A DNA stretch of 64,000 bases from Patescibacteria group bacterium (GTDB lineage Bacteria > Patescibacteriota > Minisyncoccia > Phycocordibacterales > BOKC01). The translations under genes and the position numbers were made by a program. Below are positions 36,022 to 45,938 of this stretch, piece by piece; position 1 is the first letter of the stretch; each line of letters starts with the position of its first letter. The stretch is from assembly GCA_038062955.1 (NCBI GenBank), contig JBBTWE010000001.1, positions 389,640 through 453,639 on the forward strand, in the 5' to 3' direction. The notes beneath the pieces were generated by a model. That model was not told the origin of the DNA. It was given only the letters and a program-made list of their open reading frames with translations, and searched no databases.

Positions 36022-36621
36022 TTAAAGAACATTCTTTAGAAAGGTAAGGCGGTGTATTTTTGATGGGCCATATTTTTTAATCATCGAAATATGTTCCTCT
36101 GTACCATAGCCCTTGTGATTTTTAAAGCCATAATTCGAATATTTTTTATCCATTTTCACCATAAAAGCGTCCCTATATACTTTGGCCACGACCGAAGCGC
36201 AACTTATCACTTTTATTTTTTGGTCCCCTCTTATAACTGTCTTTTGAAAAGCGTATTCTTTCGGCGCATGGAGCAAACCATCAAGCATCACCTGACATTC
36301 TTTTGGTGCAAGGTTAAGTTTTTTTAAACATTTAGAAATAGCCACTCTAACCGCTTTTGAAATTCCATGCGTATCAATATAATCGGCCGACATTGAAGAA
36401 ATAGAAAAATTTATAAATCCTTTCAGCGCCGCATCATGGGCAATTTTTGACAATTTCTCGCGTTTCGAAGAAGAAAGTTTTTTGGAATCTCTAAAATCTT
36501 TAAGTAAATTTTTGCTATACTTTAACCTAAGGCTGATCGGCAAACAAAAAGCACAGACAGTAACAGGACCAGCAAGCGGCCCTCGCCCAACCTCATCAAT
36601 TCCTATAAGATATTTAACCAT
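36022..36621 (-). CDS. rnhB: Ribonuclease HII
   Basis: IGIDEVGRGPLAGPV, DSKKLS, ASVVAKVYRD, HKGYGT. Confidence 0.96.
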   Translation of the reverse strand: MVKYLIGIDEVGRGPLAGPVTVCAFCLPISLRLKYSKNLLKDFRDSKKLSSSKREKLSKIAHDAALKGFINFSISSMSADYIDTHGISKAVRVAISKCLKKLNLAPKECQVMLDGLLHAPKEYAFQKTVIRGDQKIKVISCASVVAKVYRDAFMVKMDKKYSNYGFKNHKGYGTEEHISMIKKYGPSKIHRLTFLKNVL

Positions 36622-36641
36622 ACAAGTATTCTACCAACATT

Positions 36642-39600
36642 ATGTCCGATTTTATCCATCTCCATACCCACAGTCATTATTCCCTATTAAACGCATTACC
36701 GAAAATTCCGGAACTCATAGATGCAGCTAAGGAAAATGGCATGAACGCTATCGCTCTCACTGACAGCGGTAACATGTACGGCGCTATCGAATTCTATAAA
36801 GAATGCAACAAAGCTGGAATTAAACCCATCTTAGGACTAGACGCTTATTTAGCTCAAAGAAGTTTGAAAGATAAACAGCACGGGATAGATAACAAACGCA
36901 CCCGACTTGTGCTTCTGGCAAAAAATTTAGAAGGTTACAGGAACTTGATTAAATTGGTTACCGTTTCTCATTTTGATGGTTTTTACTACAAGCCACGAAT
37001 AGATAAAGAACTTCTAGAAAAACATAAAGAAGGATTGATCTGCATCTCTCCGTTTTTGTCGAGTGAAATTGGAAATTCAGCCGGATTTAATGACTATGAG
37101 AAAGCCCTCGAAGTTGCTTTGTGGTACAAAGGAATTTTCGGCGAAGATTTTTATCAAGAAATAACTCATCACCCAGAACTTAATAAACAAAAAGAAAAAA
37201 TAGAATTTCTGCAAAAATTAGGGAAAGAAACTGGAATTCCGCTTGTAGCTTCGCAAGAAGTTTATTATTTGAAGCCTGAAGACAAGGCGGCGCGAGACAC
37301 TTTACTCGCCGTTCAGAATAATGGAGAAAGATTCAGTAAAAGTGCGGATGACGATTTAGATTTTTCTTTTATAAACGGAAAACAAGCCGAAAAATATTTT
37401 AAAAATATCCCTGACGCAATAGAAAATTCAAAAAAAATTGCAAACAAATGCAATGTCGCGCTCGAGCTTGGAAAATGGGTTTTCCCTGATTACAAATTAG
37501 ATGCTGGCAAAAACCACAATCAAGAATTACGAGAACTGGTTTATACCGGACTTAAAAAAAGAGGTTTGGAACTCACTGAAGAAGTAAATACGAGAATAGA
37601 TTACGAACTTGAAATCATAAAAAACAAGGGCTACTCTCCTTACTTTTTAGTGGTTGCCGACCTACTCAAATTTGCCAGAGAAAATAAAATCTTCAGCACA
37701 ACTAGAGGATCAGCCGCGGGCTCTATGGTTTCATATCTGACATTCATTACCACAGTAAACCCTCTTGAATATCAACTGCCATTCGAAAGATTTTTAAATC
37801 CAGAAAGACCTTCACCGCCAGATATCGATATGGATTTTGCTGATAGTCGCAGAGACGAGGTTATTAGTTATGCCAAGAAAAAATACGGTGAAGACAAAGT
37901 GGCACAAATCGGTACTTTCGGAACCATGATGGCTAGAGGAAGCGTGCGCGACGTTGCTCGGGCGCTCAATTTCCCATACACGACAGGAGACAGAATTTCT
38001 AAACTCATTCCGCTAGGTGCTCAAGGTTTCCCTATGACAATCGACAAAGCACTTTCTGAAGTTCCGGAACTTAAAAAAATCTACAAAGAAGAAAAGGATG
38101 TGAAAGAGATAATCAACATGGCGAAAAAGATCGAGGGCTGCGCGAGACACATTAGCGTGCATGCGGCTGGAGTGGTTATTTCCCCAACCCCGATTACCGA
38201 TTTTACCCCGGTCCAATTTGACCCCAAGGGCGAAGGGAAAATTATTACCCAATTTGATATGCACTCGGTTGAAGATGCCGGACTTTTAAAGTTCGACTTC
38301 CTTGGAATTAAAAATCTCTCAATCCTCGCAGACGCTGTCACAATTACGAGGAAAATGGAGAAAAAAGAAATCGACATCGAAAATATCCCGCTTGATGATA
38401 AAAAAACTTTTGAAATGCTCTCGCGAGGAGAAACAGGGGGACTTTTTCAATTAAACGGTTCTGGCCTAACTCGCTATTTAAAAGAACTCAAACCTGAAAG
38501 AATTCACGACATTAACGCTATGGTGGCACTTTACCGCCCGGGTCCGCTCGAGTCTATTCCAACATACATAGAACGAAAAAATAAATCACAACTCATCACA
38601 TACCTCGATCCCCGAATGGAAGAAATATTATCCCAGTCTTATGGGGTTATTACTTATCAAGATGACGTTATGATGATTGCCATAAAACTTGCCGGATACT
38701 CTTGGATGGAAGCCGACAAACTACGAAAAGCTATGGGTAAAAAAATTCCAGCCGAAATGGAAGCACAGAAAGAAAAGCTTTTGACCGGTCTTGTAAAAAA
38801 TGGAATGAAAAAAGAAAAGGCGGAAAAGCTCTGGGCGCTTATCGAGCCATTTGCCGCCTACGGGTTCAACAAGGCGCATGCTGCAAGTTACGGAAAAGTG
38901 GCTTATCAAACGGCTTATATGAAAGCCAATTTCCCTACCATATACATGTCAGCAGTACTTTCGGCAGATTCCGGAGACATCGAAAAAATTGCCGAAATTG
39001 TTGCGGAATGCAAACGAATGAATATTGCGGTATTACCTCCAAATGTAAACGAAAGTTTTGGCGGGTTTACTGCTCTTCCTCCTGAGGCTGGAGCTCAAAA
39101 AATAAGATTCGGTCTAAACACTATCAAAAATTTTGGAGAAGGTATCGCGCAAATAATAATTGAAGAAAGAAAAAAGAACGGCAAGTATAAAACTCTCACT
39201 GATTTTTTGTCGAGGCTCAAAGGTCAAAATTTAAATAAAAAATCGATGGAAGCACTCATAAAGTCTGGGGCACTCAACGATTTGGGAGAACGCGGCGTTA
39301 TGCTTCAAAATTTAGATAACATACTGGCTTATCTGAAAGAAAAAAATAAAGAGAGCCAGAATAACCAAAGTTCGATATTCGGAATCATGGAAAACGTGAC
39401 TGGCAGTGAAGAACTAAGTTTAACGCCTGGGAAACCGGCCGGGAAATTTGAAAAACTGGTTTGGGAAAAAGAACTTTTGGGTTTGTATATTTCGGGACAT
39501 CCTTTAGATCAATTTGATAAAACTATCAGAGAGAAATTCTTTAAAATTAAAGGCATAAAATCCAGTCTGGGAACTCCAGTAAACTCACCACAAGAAAATG

Positions 39601-39905
39601 GGGAGCAAAATCCCCAAGGAAGCACTGAAGGAATCATTCCCACAAAAACAAATGTGGTTTTGGGTGGCATTATTGAAGATATTAAAAAAATAAATACAAA
39701 AAAAGGAGATGAGATGGTTTTTTTGAAAGTTTCCGATTATACCGACAACATAGAATGTGTTATTTTCCCTCGAGTGCTTGTAGAAGCTAAAGATATTATC
39801 AAACTCGAAAACTGTATCGTCATTAAAGGCAGTTTTTCAGAAAGAAACGGCCGACCGAGCGTTGTTATCGAGAAAATTAAGTTGCTTTCTCCTGTCAAAA
39901 CTTAA
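36642..39905 (+). CDS. dnaE: DNA polymerase III alpha subunit
   Basis: HLHTHSHYSLL PHP domain, RGSAAGS, PDIDMDF, FAAYGFNKAHA. Confidence 0.97.
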   Translation: MSDFIHLHTHSHYSLLNALPKIPELIDAAKENGMNAIALTDSGNMYGAIEFYKECNKAGIKPILGLDAYLAQRSLKDKQHGIDNKRTRLVLLAKNLEGYRNLIKLVTVSHFDGFYYKPRIDKELLEKHKEGLICISPFLSSEIGNSAGFNDYEKALEVALWYKGIFGEDFYQEITHHPELNKQKEKIEFLQKLGKETGIPLVASQEVYYLKPEDKAARDTLLAVQNNGERFSKSADDDLDFSFINGKQAEKYFKNIPDAIENSKKIANKCNVALELGKWVFPDYKLDAGKNHNQELRELVYTGLKKRGLELTEEVNTRIDYELEIIKNKGYSPYFLVVADLLKFARENKIFSTTRGSAAGSMVSYLTFITTVNPLEYQLPFERFLNPERPSPPDIDMDFADSRRDEVISYAKKKYGEDKVAQIGTFGTMMARGSVRDVARALNFPYTTGDRISKLIPLGAQGFPMTIDKALSEVPELKKIYKEEKDVKEIINMAKKIEGCARHISVHAAGVVISPTPITDFTPVQFDPKGEGKIITQFDMHSVEDAGLLKFDFLGIKNLSILADAVTITRKMEKKEIDIENIPLDDKKTFEMLSRGETGGLFQLNGSGLTRYLKELKPERIHDINAMVALYRPGPLESIPTYIERKNKSQLITYLDPRMEEILSQSYGVITYQDDVMMIAIKLAGYSWMEADKLRKAMGKKIPAEMEAQKEKLLTGLVKNGMKKEKAEKLWALIEPFAAYGFNKAHAASYGKVAYQTAYMKANFPTIYMSAVLSADSGDIEKIAEIVAECKRMNIAVLPPNVNESFGGFTALPPEAGAQKIRFGLNTIKNFGEGIAQIIIEERKKNGKYKTLTDFLSRLKGQNLNKKSMEALIKSGALNDLGERGVMLQNLDNILAYLKEKNKESQNNQSSIFGIMENVTGSEELSLTPGKPAGKFEKLVWEKELLGLYISGHPLDQFDKTIREKFFKIKGIKSSLGTPVNSPQENGEQNPQGSTEGIIPTKTNVVLGGIIEDIKKINTKKGDEMVFLKVSDYTDNIECVIFPRVLVEAKDIIKLENCIVIKGSFSERNGRPSVVIEKIKLLSPVKT

Positions 39906-39960
39906 ACAGAAATACTTTCCACTATCTTAATAAAAGTGTTAATATTCTTCTAATATTGTT

Positions 39961-41706
39961 ATGTCAAAAGAAAATAAAGAAGATAATCTTAATAATTTAA
40001 GGCATTCGCTCGCTCACCTGCTCGCGGCGGCGGTTTTGGATATTTACCCCAAAGCTTTGCCAACAATCGGTCCAGCTATCGAAAATGGTTTTTACTATGA
40101 TTTTGATAATCTCGAAATCTCTGATAAAGATTTGCCAAAAATCGAGCAAAAGATGAGAGAGATTTTAAAATCCTGGAAAGAATTCAGTCACAAGGAAGTT
40201 TCTGCCGCAGAAGCTAATAAAATATACAAAGGAAACCCATACAAACTTGAACTCATTTCTGAAATAGATTCAAAAGGAGAAAAAATCACATTGTACACAG
40301 CAGGAGATTTTACCGATCTATGCCGAGGTGGACATTTAGAAAATCCATCGAAGGAAATTAAATCTGACGCTTTTAAATTAGACAGGATTGCCGGTGCTTA
40401 TTGGCGTGGAAACGAAAAAAATAAAATGCTTAATCGCATTTACGGTTTGGCATTCAAAACTAAAGACGAATTAAAAAGTTACGAAACCGGACAAGAAGAA
40501 GCTAAAAAAAGAGATCATAGAAAATTGGGAAAAGACCTTGATCTTTTTACCATTTCTGAACTTGTAGGCGGCGGTCTTCCCCTTTTCACTCCAAAAGGAA
40601 CGGTCTTGAGAGAAATGCTTGCGTCATATTCTCAAGAACTTCAAGCAATGTATGGTTTTGAACGAGTCTGGACCCCTCATATGGCTCGAACAGAGTTATA
40701 CAAACATTCCGGCCATTTCGATAAATATCCAGAACGATTTGAAGTGACGAGTGCTGAAAGTACGGATGTGTTCATGTTGAAACCCATGAACTGCCCTCAT
40801 CATGCCCAACTCTTTGCTCGCAAGCCATGGAGCTACCGAGAACTGCCGGTGCGCTACATGGAGAACACTACAAACTATCGTGACGAGAAACACGGCGAGC
40901 TTCACGGACTCTCACGGGTGCGTTCTCTGTCGCAAGACGATGGTCATATATTCTGCCAAGAAACACATATTGAAGAAGAATTTAGAAACATCATTCGGAT
41001 GGTCAAAAAGCTGTACAAAGCTTTGGGCCTTCAATTTTACGTTCGCCTTTCTTTTAGAGATGACTCAGACAAATTCCTGGGAGATGCAAACATCTGGAAA
41101 CGAGCGGAAAGCATGATTGCAAAAGTGGCGGCAGATGAAAAACTTGAGACAGTCATTGGTCTCGGAGAAGCTGCATTTTACGGCCCCAAACTTGATTTCC
41201 TGGTTAAAGATGCTCTCGGACGTGAATGGCAATGCGCTACAATACAACTCGATTTCGTTCAACCAGAACGTTTTGGTTTGTCATACACCGATTCTGACGG
41301 AAAAGAGAAGCGGCCAGTGATGATCCACAAAGCACTTCTTGGCTCTATTGAAAGATTCATTTCTGTATACATTGAGCATACAAATGGAAATTTCCCTCTC
41401 TGGCTTTCCCCTGTTCAAATAAAAGTTATTCCAATCCGAGAAAATCATAATGCCTTTGCAAAAGAAATATCGGATGCCCTCAAAAATAATGGCGTTCGAG
41501 TAAAATTAGACGATTCCGATGAAGGTTTGGGCAAAAAAGTTCGGGCAGCAAAAGTAGATAAAATTCCATATTGGCTTGTAATTGGAGATAAAGAAATGGC
41601 TGAAGGAAAAGTCACTTTAGAAAGCCGTGACAAAGGAAAGATTGGAGAATTCACTCTTGAATCTCTAAAACAACTCCTCAAAAAAGAAATCGACGAAAAA
41701 ATCTAA
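39961..41706 (+). CDS. thrS: Threonyl-tRNA synthetase (no N-terminal TGS domain)
   Basis: LRHSLAHLL, DLCRGGH, RDHRKLG, LKPMNCPHH, AFYGPKLD, GSIERF. Confidence 0.97.
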   Translation: MSKENKEDNLNNLRHSLAHLLAAAVLDIYPKALPTIGPAIENGFYYDFDNLEISDKDLPKIEQKMREILKSWKEFSHKEVSAAEANKIYKGNPYKLELISEIDSKGEKITLYTAGDFTDLCRGGHLENPSKEIKSDAFKLDRIAGAYWRGNEKNKMLNRIYGLAFKTKDELKSYETGQEEAKKRDHRKLGKDLDLFTISELVGGGLPLFTPKGTVLREMLASYSQELQAMYGFERVWTPHMARTELYKHSGHFDKYPERFEVTSAESTDVFMLKPMNCPHHAQLFARKPWSYRELPVRYMENTTNYRDEKHGELHGLSRVRSLSQDDGHIFCQETHIEEEFRNIIRMVKKLYKALGLQFYVRLSFRDDSDKFLGDANIWKRAESMIAKVAADEKLETVIGLGEAAFYGPKLDFLVKDALGREWQCATIQLDFVQPERFGLSYTDSDGKEKRPVMIHKALLGSIERFISVYIEHTNGNFPLWLSPVQIKVIPIRENHNAFAKEISDALKNNGVRVKLDDSDEGLGKKVRAAKVDKIPYWLVIGDKEMAEGKVTLESRDKGKIGEFTLESLKQLLKKEIDEKI

Positions 41707-43091
41707 CCTTTGTGGCCCGAAAAGTGCTTTTCTACCATATCCTCATCAATCACGAGCCATCTGGATTCATCTGCAGGGACAGCCATCGAGGCTGGATTTG
41801 ATAATCCATCAACCACTATTGTCTCTGTGGTCTTTTTTAATTCATCAATAATATTATGAAGTTGAATCACACCCTCTGTAATACTGTTATGAGTTTTTTC
41901 CATTAAAAGTAAAATGGCCTCGGCAGAAATTACTACTTCTCTTTTTTGAGCCTCAGATTGAATGATGTCGGCAATATCTTTTTCTGGACCCTTTTCAAAT
42001 ACCCCTTCTTTTTCTTCTTCGGCGCGAGCTTGTTTCTTGAAATAAACAATCATGCCCGAAAGAATAGCCGCGCCGATAAGCACAACAAGAGTTGAGAGAA
42101 TTTTCCAACCAATAAAACTAAATTCAGCATCATTCTTGGGAGTCTCTTCTTCCACCACCACGCTCGGAGAAACTGACGGAATTTGGTCCTCGGAAAAAGC
42201 ACCCAAAACTTCGCCTCCAGATTTCACCCCCACAGAGCAGATTCTTAAAATACTTTGCGAACCAGAAGTGATTTCCACATTGGCAGTTCTCTCCCCGGTC
42301 CTATCGTAAATTTCTGAAACCGCTTGAGAATTCCCGCGCAAATTATCGCCAAACCAAGAATATCTGTATTCTCCGGTACCGCCGGACGCAAGTGCCGTCC
42401 AAGTAACCGCTTCTCCCGAATTGATAGAATCTGAATCGGCATAGCACTCGCCTTCTAATTCTGGATCAGGTTCAATCGTTACCGAACATTCACGCACCGT
42501 ACTGTGTCCATCAGAAGTAATTACCACTGTTGCATCTTTGTGTCCCGGAAAATTATAAACTCGAGAAATACCACTTCCAGAACCACGCAAATCATCGGTA
42601 CCGCTCCAAGCGAAGTCATACCTGCCGTCTCCGCCCGCAGCTTCTACCCGCCAGTCGACCCTATCGCTTTCTCTTAAAATTGAAGATTGGGCAAAACAAC
42701 TTCCCGTCAAAGTTTGGAAAGTTTCGAGAACTATCAGATTACAAGACGGAGTGACACTCTGCTCTGCTGAATAAACAGTTACTGTTGCTTCAACCGTTCC
42801 TGGTCGACTATAAATTTTTGCAACTCTACGATTGTTGCCGATAAGATTATCTGTGCCTGTCCAAAAATATGAATAATTTCCACTTCCGCCCTCGGCCTCA
42901 ACTGTCCAGACAGCCGTCTCGCCAACTTTTATAGCTATTGGATTTACAAAACAGCTGGCCGTTAGATTTTGAGCGCTTGCAACTTGTGGAAAAACTATCA
43001 CAAAAAGCATCGTGACAATTGTGGCCACTTGGATAATCAAATCATTCAAATTTTGCGTAGTTTTAGTCCCCATACAATTTAAATCGTCCAT
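41703..43091 (-). CDS. Membrane-anchored protein with three PKD/Ig-like repeats
   Basis: Signal-like N-terminus, three copies of GGxGxYxYxWxG-D-L, a TM helix after the repeats, cytoplasmic tail. Confidence 0.75.
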   Translation of the reverse strand: MDDLNCMGTKTTQNLNDLIIQVATIVTMLFVIVFPQVASAQNLTASCFVNPIAIKVGETAVWTVEAEGGSGNYSYFWTGTDNLIGNNRRVAKIYSRPGTVEATVTVYSAEQSVTPSCNLIVLETFQTLTGSCFAQSSILRESDRVDWRVEAAGGDGRYDFAWSGTDDLRGSGSGISRVYNFPGHKDATVVITSDGHSTVRECSVTIEPDPELEGECYADSDSINSGEAVTWTALASGGTGEYRYSWFGDNLRGNSQAVSEIYDRTGERTANVEITSGSQSILRICSVGVKSGGEVLGAFSEDQIPSVSPSVVVEEETPKNDAEFSFIGWKILSTLVVLIGAAILSGMIVYFKKQARAEEEKEGVFEKGPEKDIADIIQSEAQKREVVISAEAILLLMEKTHNSITEGVIQLHNIIDELKKTTETIVVDGLSNPASMAVPADESRWLVIDEDMVEKHFSGHKG

Positions 43092-43155
43092 TCATAGAAG
43101 ACGTTCCATTTGGTATTTATATACCAATATATTCTTCATAACAACCATTTTTACC

Positions 43156-43292
43156 TTGACTTTAGTGACATACCATGATACATTATAAAAAGCTGGCTTT
43201 CGAGCCATTTTACGAAATTGATAGTTCTTTAAACAAAGTTGGTGCGGGATTTTAGAGTAGAAACAATTCTAAGCTGAAATCCCCCACCAACT
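43156..43292 (+). promoter_or_regulatory. Islet 3 promoter, small hairpin, boxA-like site and leader stem
   Basis: TTGACT-17nt-TACATT; TGGCT-TTCG-AGCCA; AGTTCTTTAAACA at 43223-43235; AGTTGGTGcGGGATTT/AAATCCCcCACCAACT. Confidence 0.65.
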
Positions 43293-43328
43293 CTATTTCA
43301 GAGAAGGTTTTTCGGGATAAGAGGAAAA

Positions 43329-43661
43329 ATGTACAAATACGATCTGAAAGATTGGGTGATCACCTTGGTGATGTGTGTTGTGGTGGTGATTGTTTTGCGT
43401 CTTTCTGCCGATTACTTCTTTCCATCAACGAGAAGTTTGGAATATGTGGTCGGTAGTGATACAGAGAAGGCCATCAACCAAGTTCTTGGTTCATCTAGAG
43501 AATACCGACTGGTCACCGAAGACGGGATGGTGGCGAAGGATCTCATCCCTAGCCACACGCTACCCGATCTTGGAAGTCAGAAGTTCGTGATCATCGTGGT
43601 GAACGATCCAGACACAGGTACGCTGAAGCGATTCACCTACCTTCCGTCGCAATCTCGTTGA
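43329..43661 (+). CDS. Hypothetical protein with N-terminal TM segment (islet 3)
   Basis: 110 aa, GAGGA SD, flanked by promoter and terminator, GC-richer codons. Confidence 0.7.
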   Translation: MYKYDLKDWVITLVMCVVVVIVLRLSADYFFPSTRSLEYVVGSDTEKAINQVLGSSREYRLVTEDGMVAKDLIPSHTLPDLGSQKFVIIVVNDPDTGTLKRFTYLPSQSR

Positions 43662-43682
43662 CCCCTTCTCACCCCGCTCAAT

Positions 43683-43724
43683 CGCCCGCGCAACTTCGCA
43701 AGAAGCATGCCGGGCGGTTTTTTT
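43683..43724 (+). terminator. Intrinsic terminator of islet 3
   Basis: CGCCCG...CGGGCG followed by a T-tract. Confidence 0.7.
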
Positions 43725-43773
43725 ATTTCAAATTTAACTTTATAACTTTACACTTTATAACTTTCAACTATCT

Positions 43774-45834
43774 TTAAATATCTATATTCGCTTTGTTTGC
43801 GTTAAATTGAATAAACGACTTTCTAGAAGGAACATCAGTTCCCATTAAAACATCAAATATTTTATCTGCCTCAACCGCATCATCTACCGTTACTTGTTTG
43901 AGCACCCTTTTCGATGGATCCATTGTCGTCTCCCAGAGTTCTTCAGCATTCATTTCTCCAAGACCTTTGTAACGCTGGATCAAAACTTTTCTGCCGGCCT
44001 TTTCTGTTTGTTCTCCCTCTTCCCCCTCTTCAACTTCCCCTTCCACTTCAGCAACTTCTTCTTTCTTACTTACTTTCCATCCTGCCAAAACATTTTCTTT
44101 TTCCAAGTCAGAATAAGCGTAAGCCATCTCTTTTCCTCTTTTTATTTTATAGAGAGGTGGTTGGGCAATATAAACAAAACCTTTTTCCACCAAAACTTTA
44201 AAGTGTCGATAAAAGAGAGTTAGAAGCAAAGTGCGAATATGCGCTCCGTCCACGTCAGCATCGGTTGCGATGATAAGTTTGTGATATCGGAGTTTGGTCA
44301 AATCAAAAGTCTCGCCAATTGCCGTGCCGATTGCAATAACAATGGCTTTGATTTCCGCGTGCCCCAAGATTTTATCAATTCTGGCTCTTTCTACGTTAAG
44401 CGGTTTACCTTTAAGAGGCAATATAGCTTGAGTGCGTCTGTCGCGGCCTTGCTTGGCTGTGCCACCTGCCGAATCTCCCTCCACAATAAAGAGTTCGGCT
44501 TCTTCCGCTGGAGTACCGCTTTGGCAATCAGAAAGCTTTCCAGGCAGAGTCATGCCTTCGAGCGCACCTTTTCGGAGCACTGAATCCTTAGCCGCCTTAG
44601 CCGCTTTTCGAGCTCGGAGAGCCAAGATTGCCTTACTTATGATCGAACGGGCATCGTCTGGATGTTCTTCTAGAAAATAAGCAAAAGCTTCACTAAAAAC
44701 AGTTTCCACCATACTTCGTGCCTCTACTGTACCAAGCTTAGATTTGGTCTGACCTTCAAATTGAATTTCTCGAAGTTTAACCGAAAGCACAACGGTAAGT
44801 CCTTCTAAAACATCATCACCGGTAAAGTTATCCTCATCGCCTTTTTGAAGATTATTATTTTTCGCGTAAGTATTCAGCGTTCGAGTGAGAGCTGTTTTAA
44901 AACCAGTCAAATGAGTACCTCCTTCTGAATTAAAAATATTGTTAGCAAACGGAAGAATCCTTGAGGAAATATCGTCAGTATATTGAAGAGCAATCTCCAC
45001 CGACTCGTGTTCATTAGAAAATTTTTCAACGTAAAAAATATTCTTGTGAATTATTTTAAATTGATGATTAAGAAAAGTCACCATCGAGCGGAGTCCTCCT
45101 TCAAAATAAAAGCTGTGGGATTTAAGTTCAAGCTCAAGTTCTCGGAGATAAAACGCTTCCAAGTCCTCAATTTTGCCCTCGTAATCCCGAGCATCAATTA
45201 CGGTAACTCGCGTACTTTTCACCAAATAAGCTTGTTGCCTTAAATGACTAACTACCTTATCAAAATCAAATCGAACATCAGGAAAAATTTCCTTGTCTGG
45301 TTCAAATGTAGTTATCGTGCCTCGCCTATCTGACTTGCCGATTTTTTTGACGTTCTCTTGTTTTTTTCCTTGTTTATATTCCTGAATAAATTTTCCGCCA
45401 TCTCTGTGTACAACAACTCTGGTAAAAATGGAGAGCGCATTTACAACCGAAGCTCCCACGCCGTGAAGTCCTCCAGAAACTTTGTATCCTTCACCACCGA
45501 ATTTTCCTCCGGCATGGAGAGTTGTCATAATTGTTTCAAGAGCGGAAACTTTTGTTTCTTTGTGGACATCGACTGGAATACCTCGACCATTGTCCGTCAC
45601 ACGCACCCTATTTCCTGGAAGAAGAGCTACCTCAATATCATTAGCAAAACCACCCATCGCTTCATCACGAGAGTTGTCCCAAATTTCGGTAATCAAATGA
45701 TGCAGACCGTCGGGTCCTGTAGTGCCGATATACATTCCCGGCCTTTTTCTAACTGGGTCGAGACCTTTGAGAACGGTTATATCTTGAGCGCTATAACTGC
45801 TTTTATCTTTTTTTTCTGGCTGTTTTTTGATCAT
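43774..45834 (-). CDS. gyrB: DNA gyrase subunit B
   Basis: VRKRPGMYIG, DNGRGIP, SGGLHGVG, VEGDSAGG, PLKGK, DADVDGAHI, RYKGLGEM; start set at MIKKQ. Confidence 0.92.
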   Translation of the reverse strand: MIKKQPEKKDKSSYSAQDITVLKGLDPVRKRPGMYIGTTGPDGLHHLITEIWDNSRDEAMGGFANDIEVALLPGNRVRVTDNGRGIPVDVHKETKVSALETIMTTLHAGGKFGGEGYKVSGGLHGVGASVVNALSIFTRVVVHRDGGKFIQEYKQGKKQENVKKIGKSDRRGTITTFEPDKEIFPDVRFDFDKVVSHLRQQAYLVKSTRVTVIDARDYEGKIEDLEAFYLRELELELKSHSFYFEGGLRSMVTFLNHQFKIIHKNIFYVEKFSNEHESVEIALQYTDDISSRILPFANNIFNSEGGTHLTGFKTALTRTLNTYAKNNNLQKGDEDNFTGDDVLEGLTVVLSVKLREIQFEGQTKSKLGTVEARSMVETVFSEAFAYFLEEHPDDARSIISKAILALRARKAAKAAKDSVLRKGALEGMTLPGKLSDCQSGTPAEEAELFIVEGDSAGGTAKQGRDRRTQAILPLKGKPLNVERARIDKILGHAEIKAIVIAIGTAIGETFDLTKLRYHKLIIATDADVDGAHIRTLLLTLFYRHFKVLVEKGFVYIAQPPLYKIKRGKEMAYAYSDLEKENVLAGWKVSKKEEVAEVEGEVEEGEEGEQTEKAGRKVLIQRYKGLGEMNAEELWETTMDPSKRVLKQVTVDDAVEADKIFDVLMGTDVPSRKSFIQFNANKANIDI

Positions 45835-45938
45835 GAATTCTTTGGGATTTATCAATATTTGACCCTCCCAAAAAGGAGGGCTGTTACTCCTTATTTTAGC
45901 AGAAATTGCCAGATTATTCAAAAGAAAAAAACATTAAA

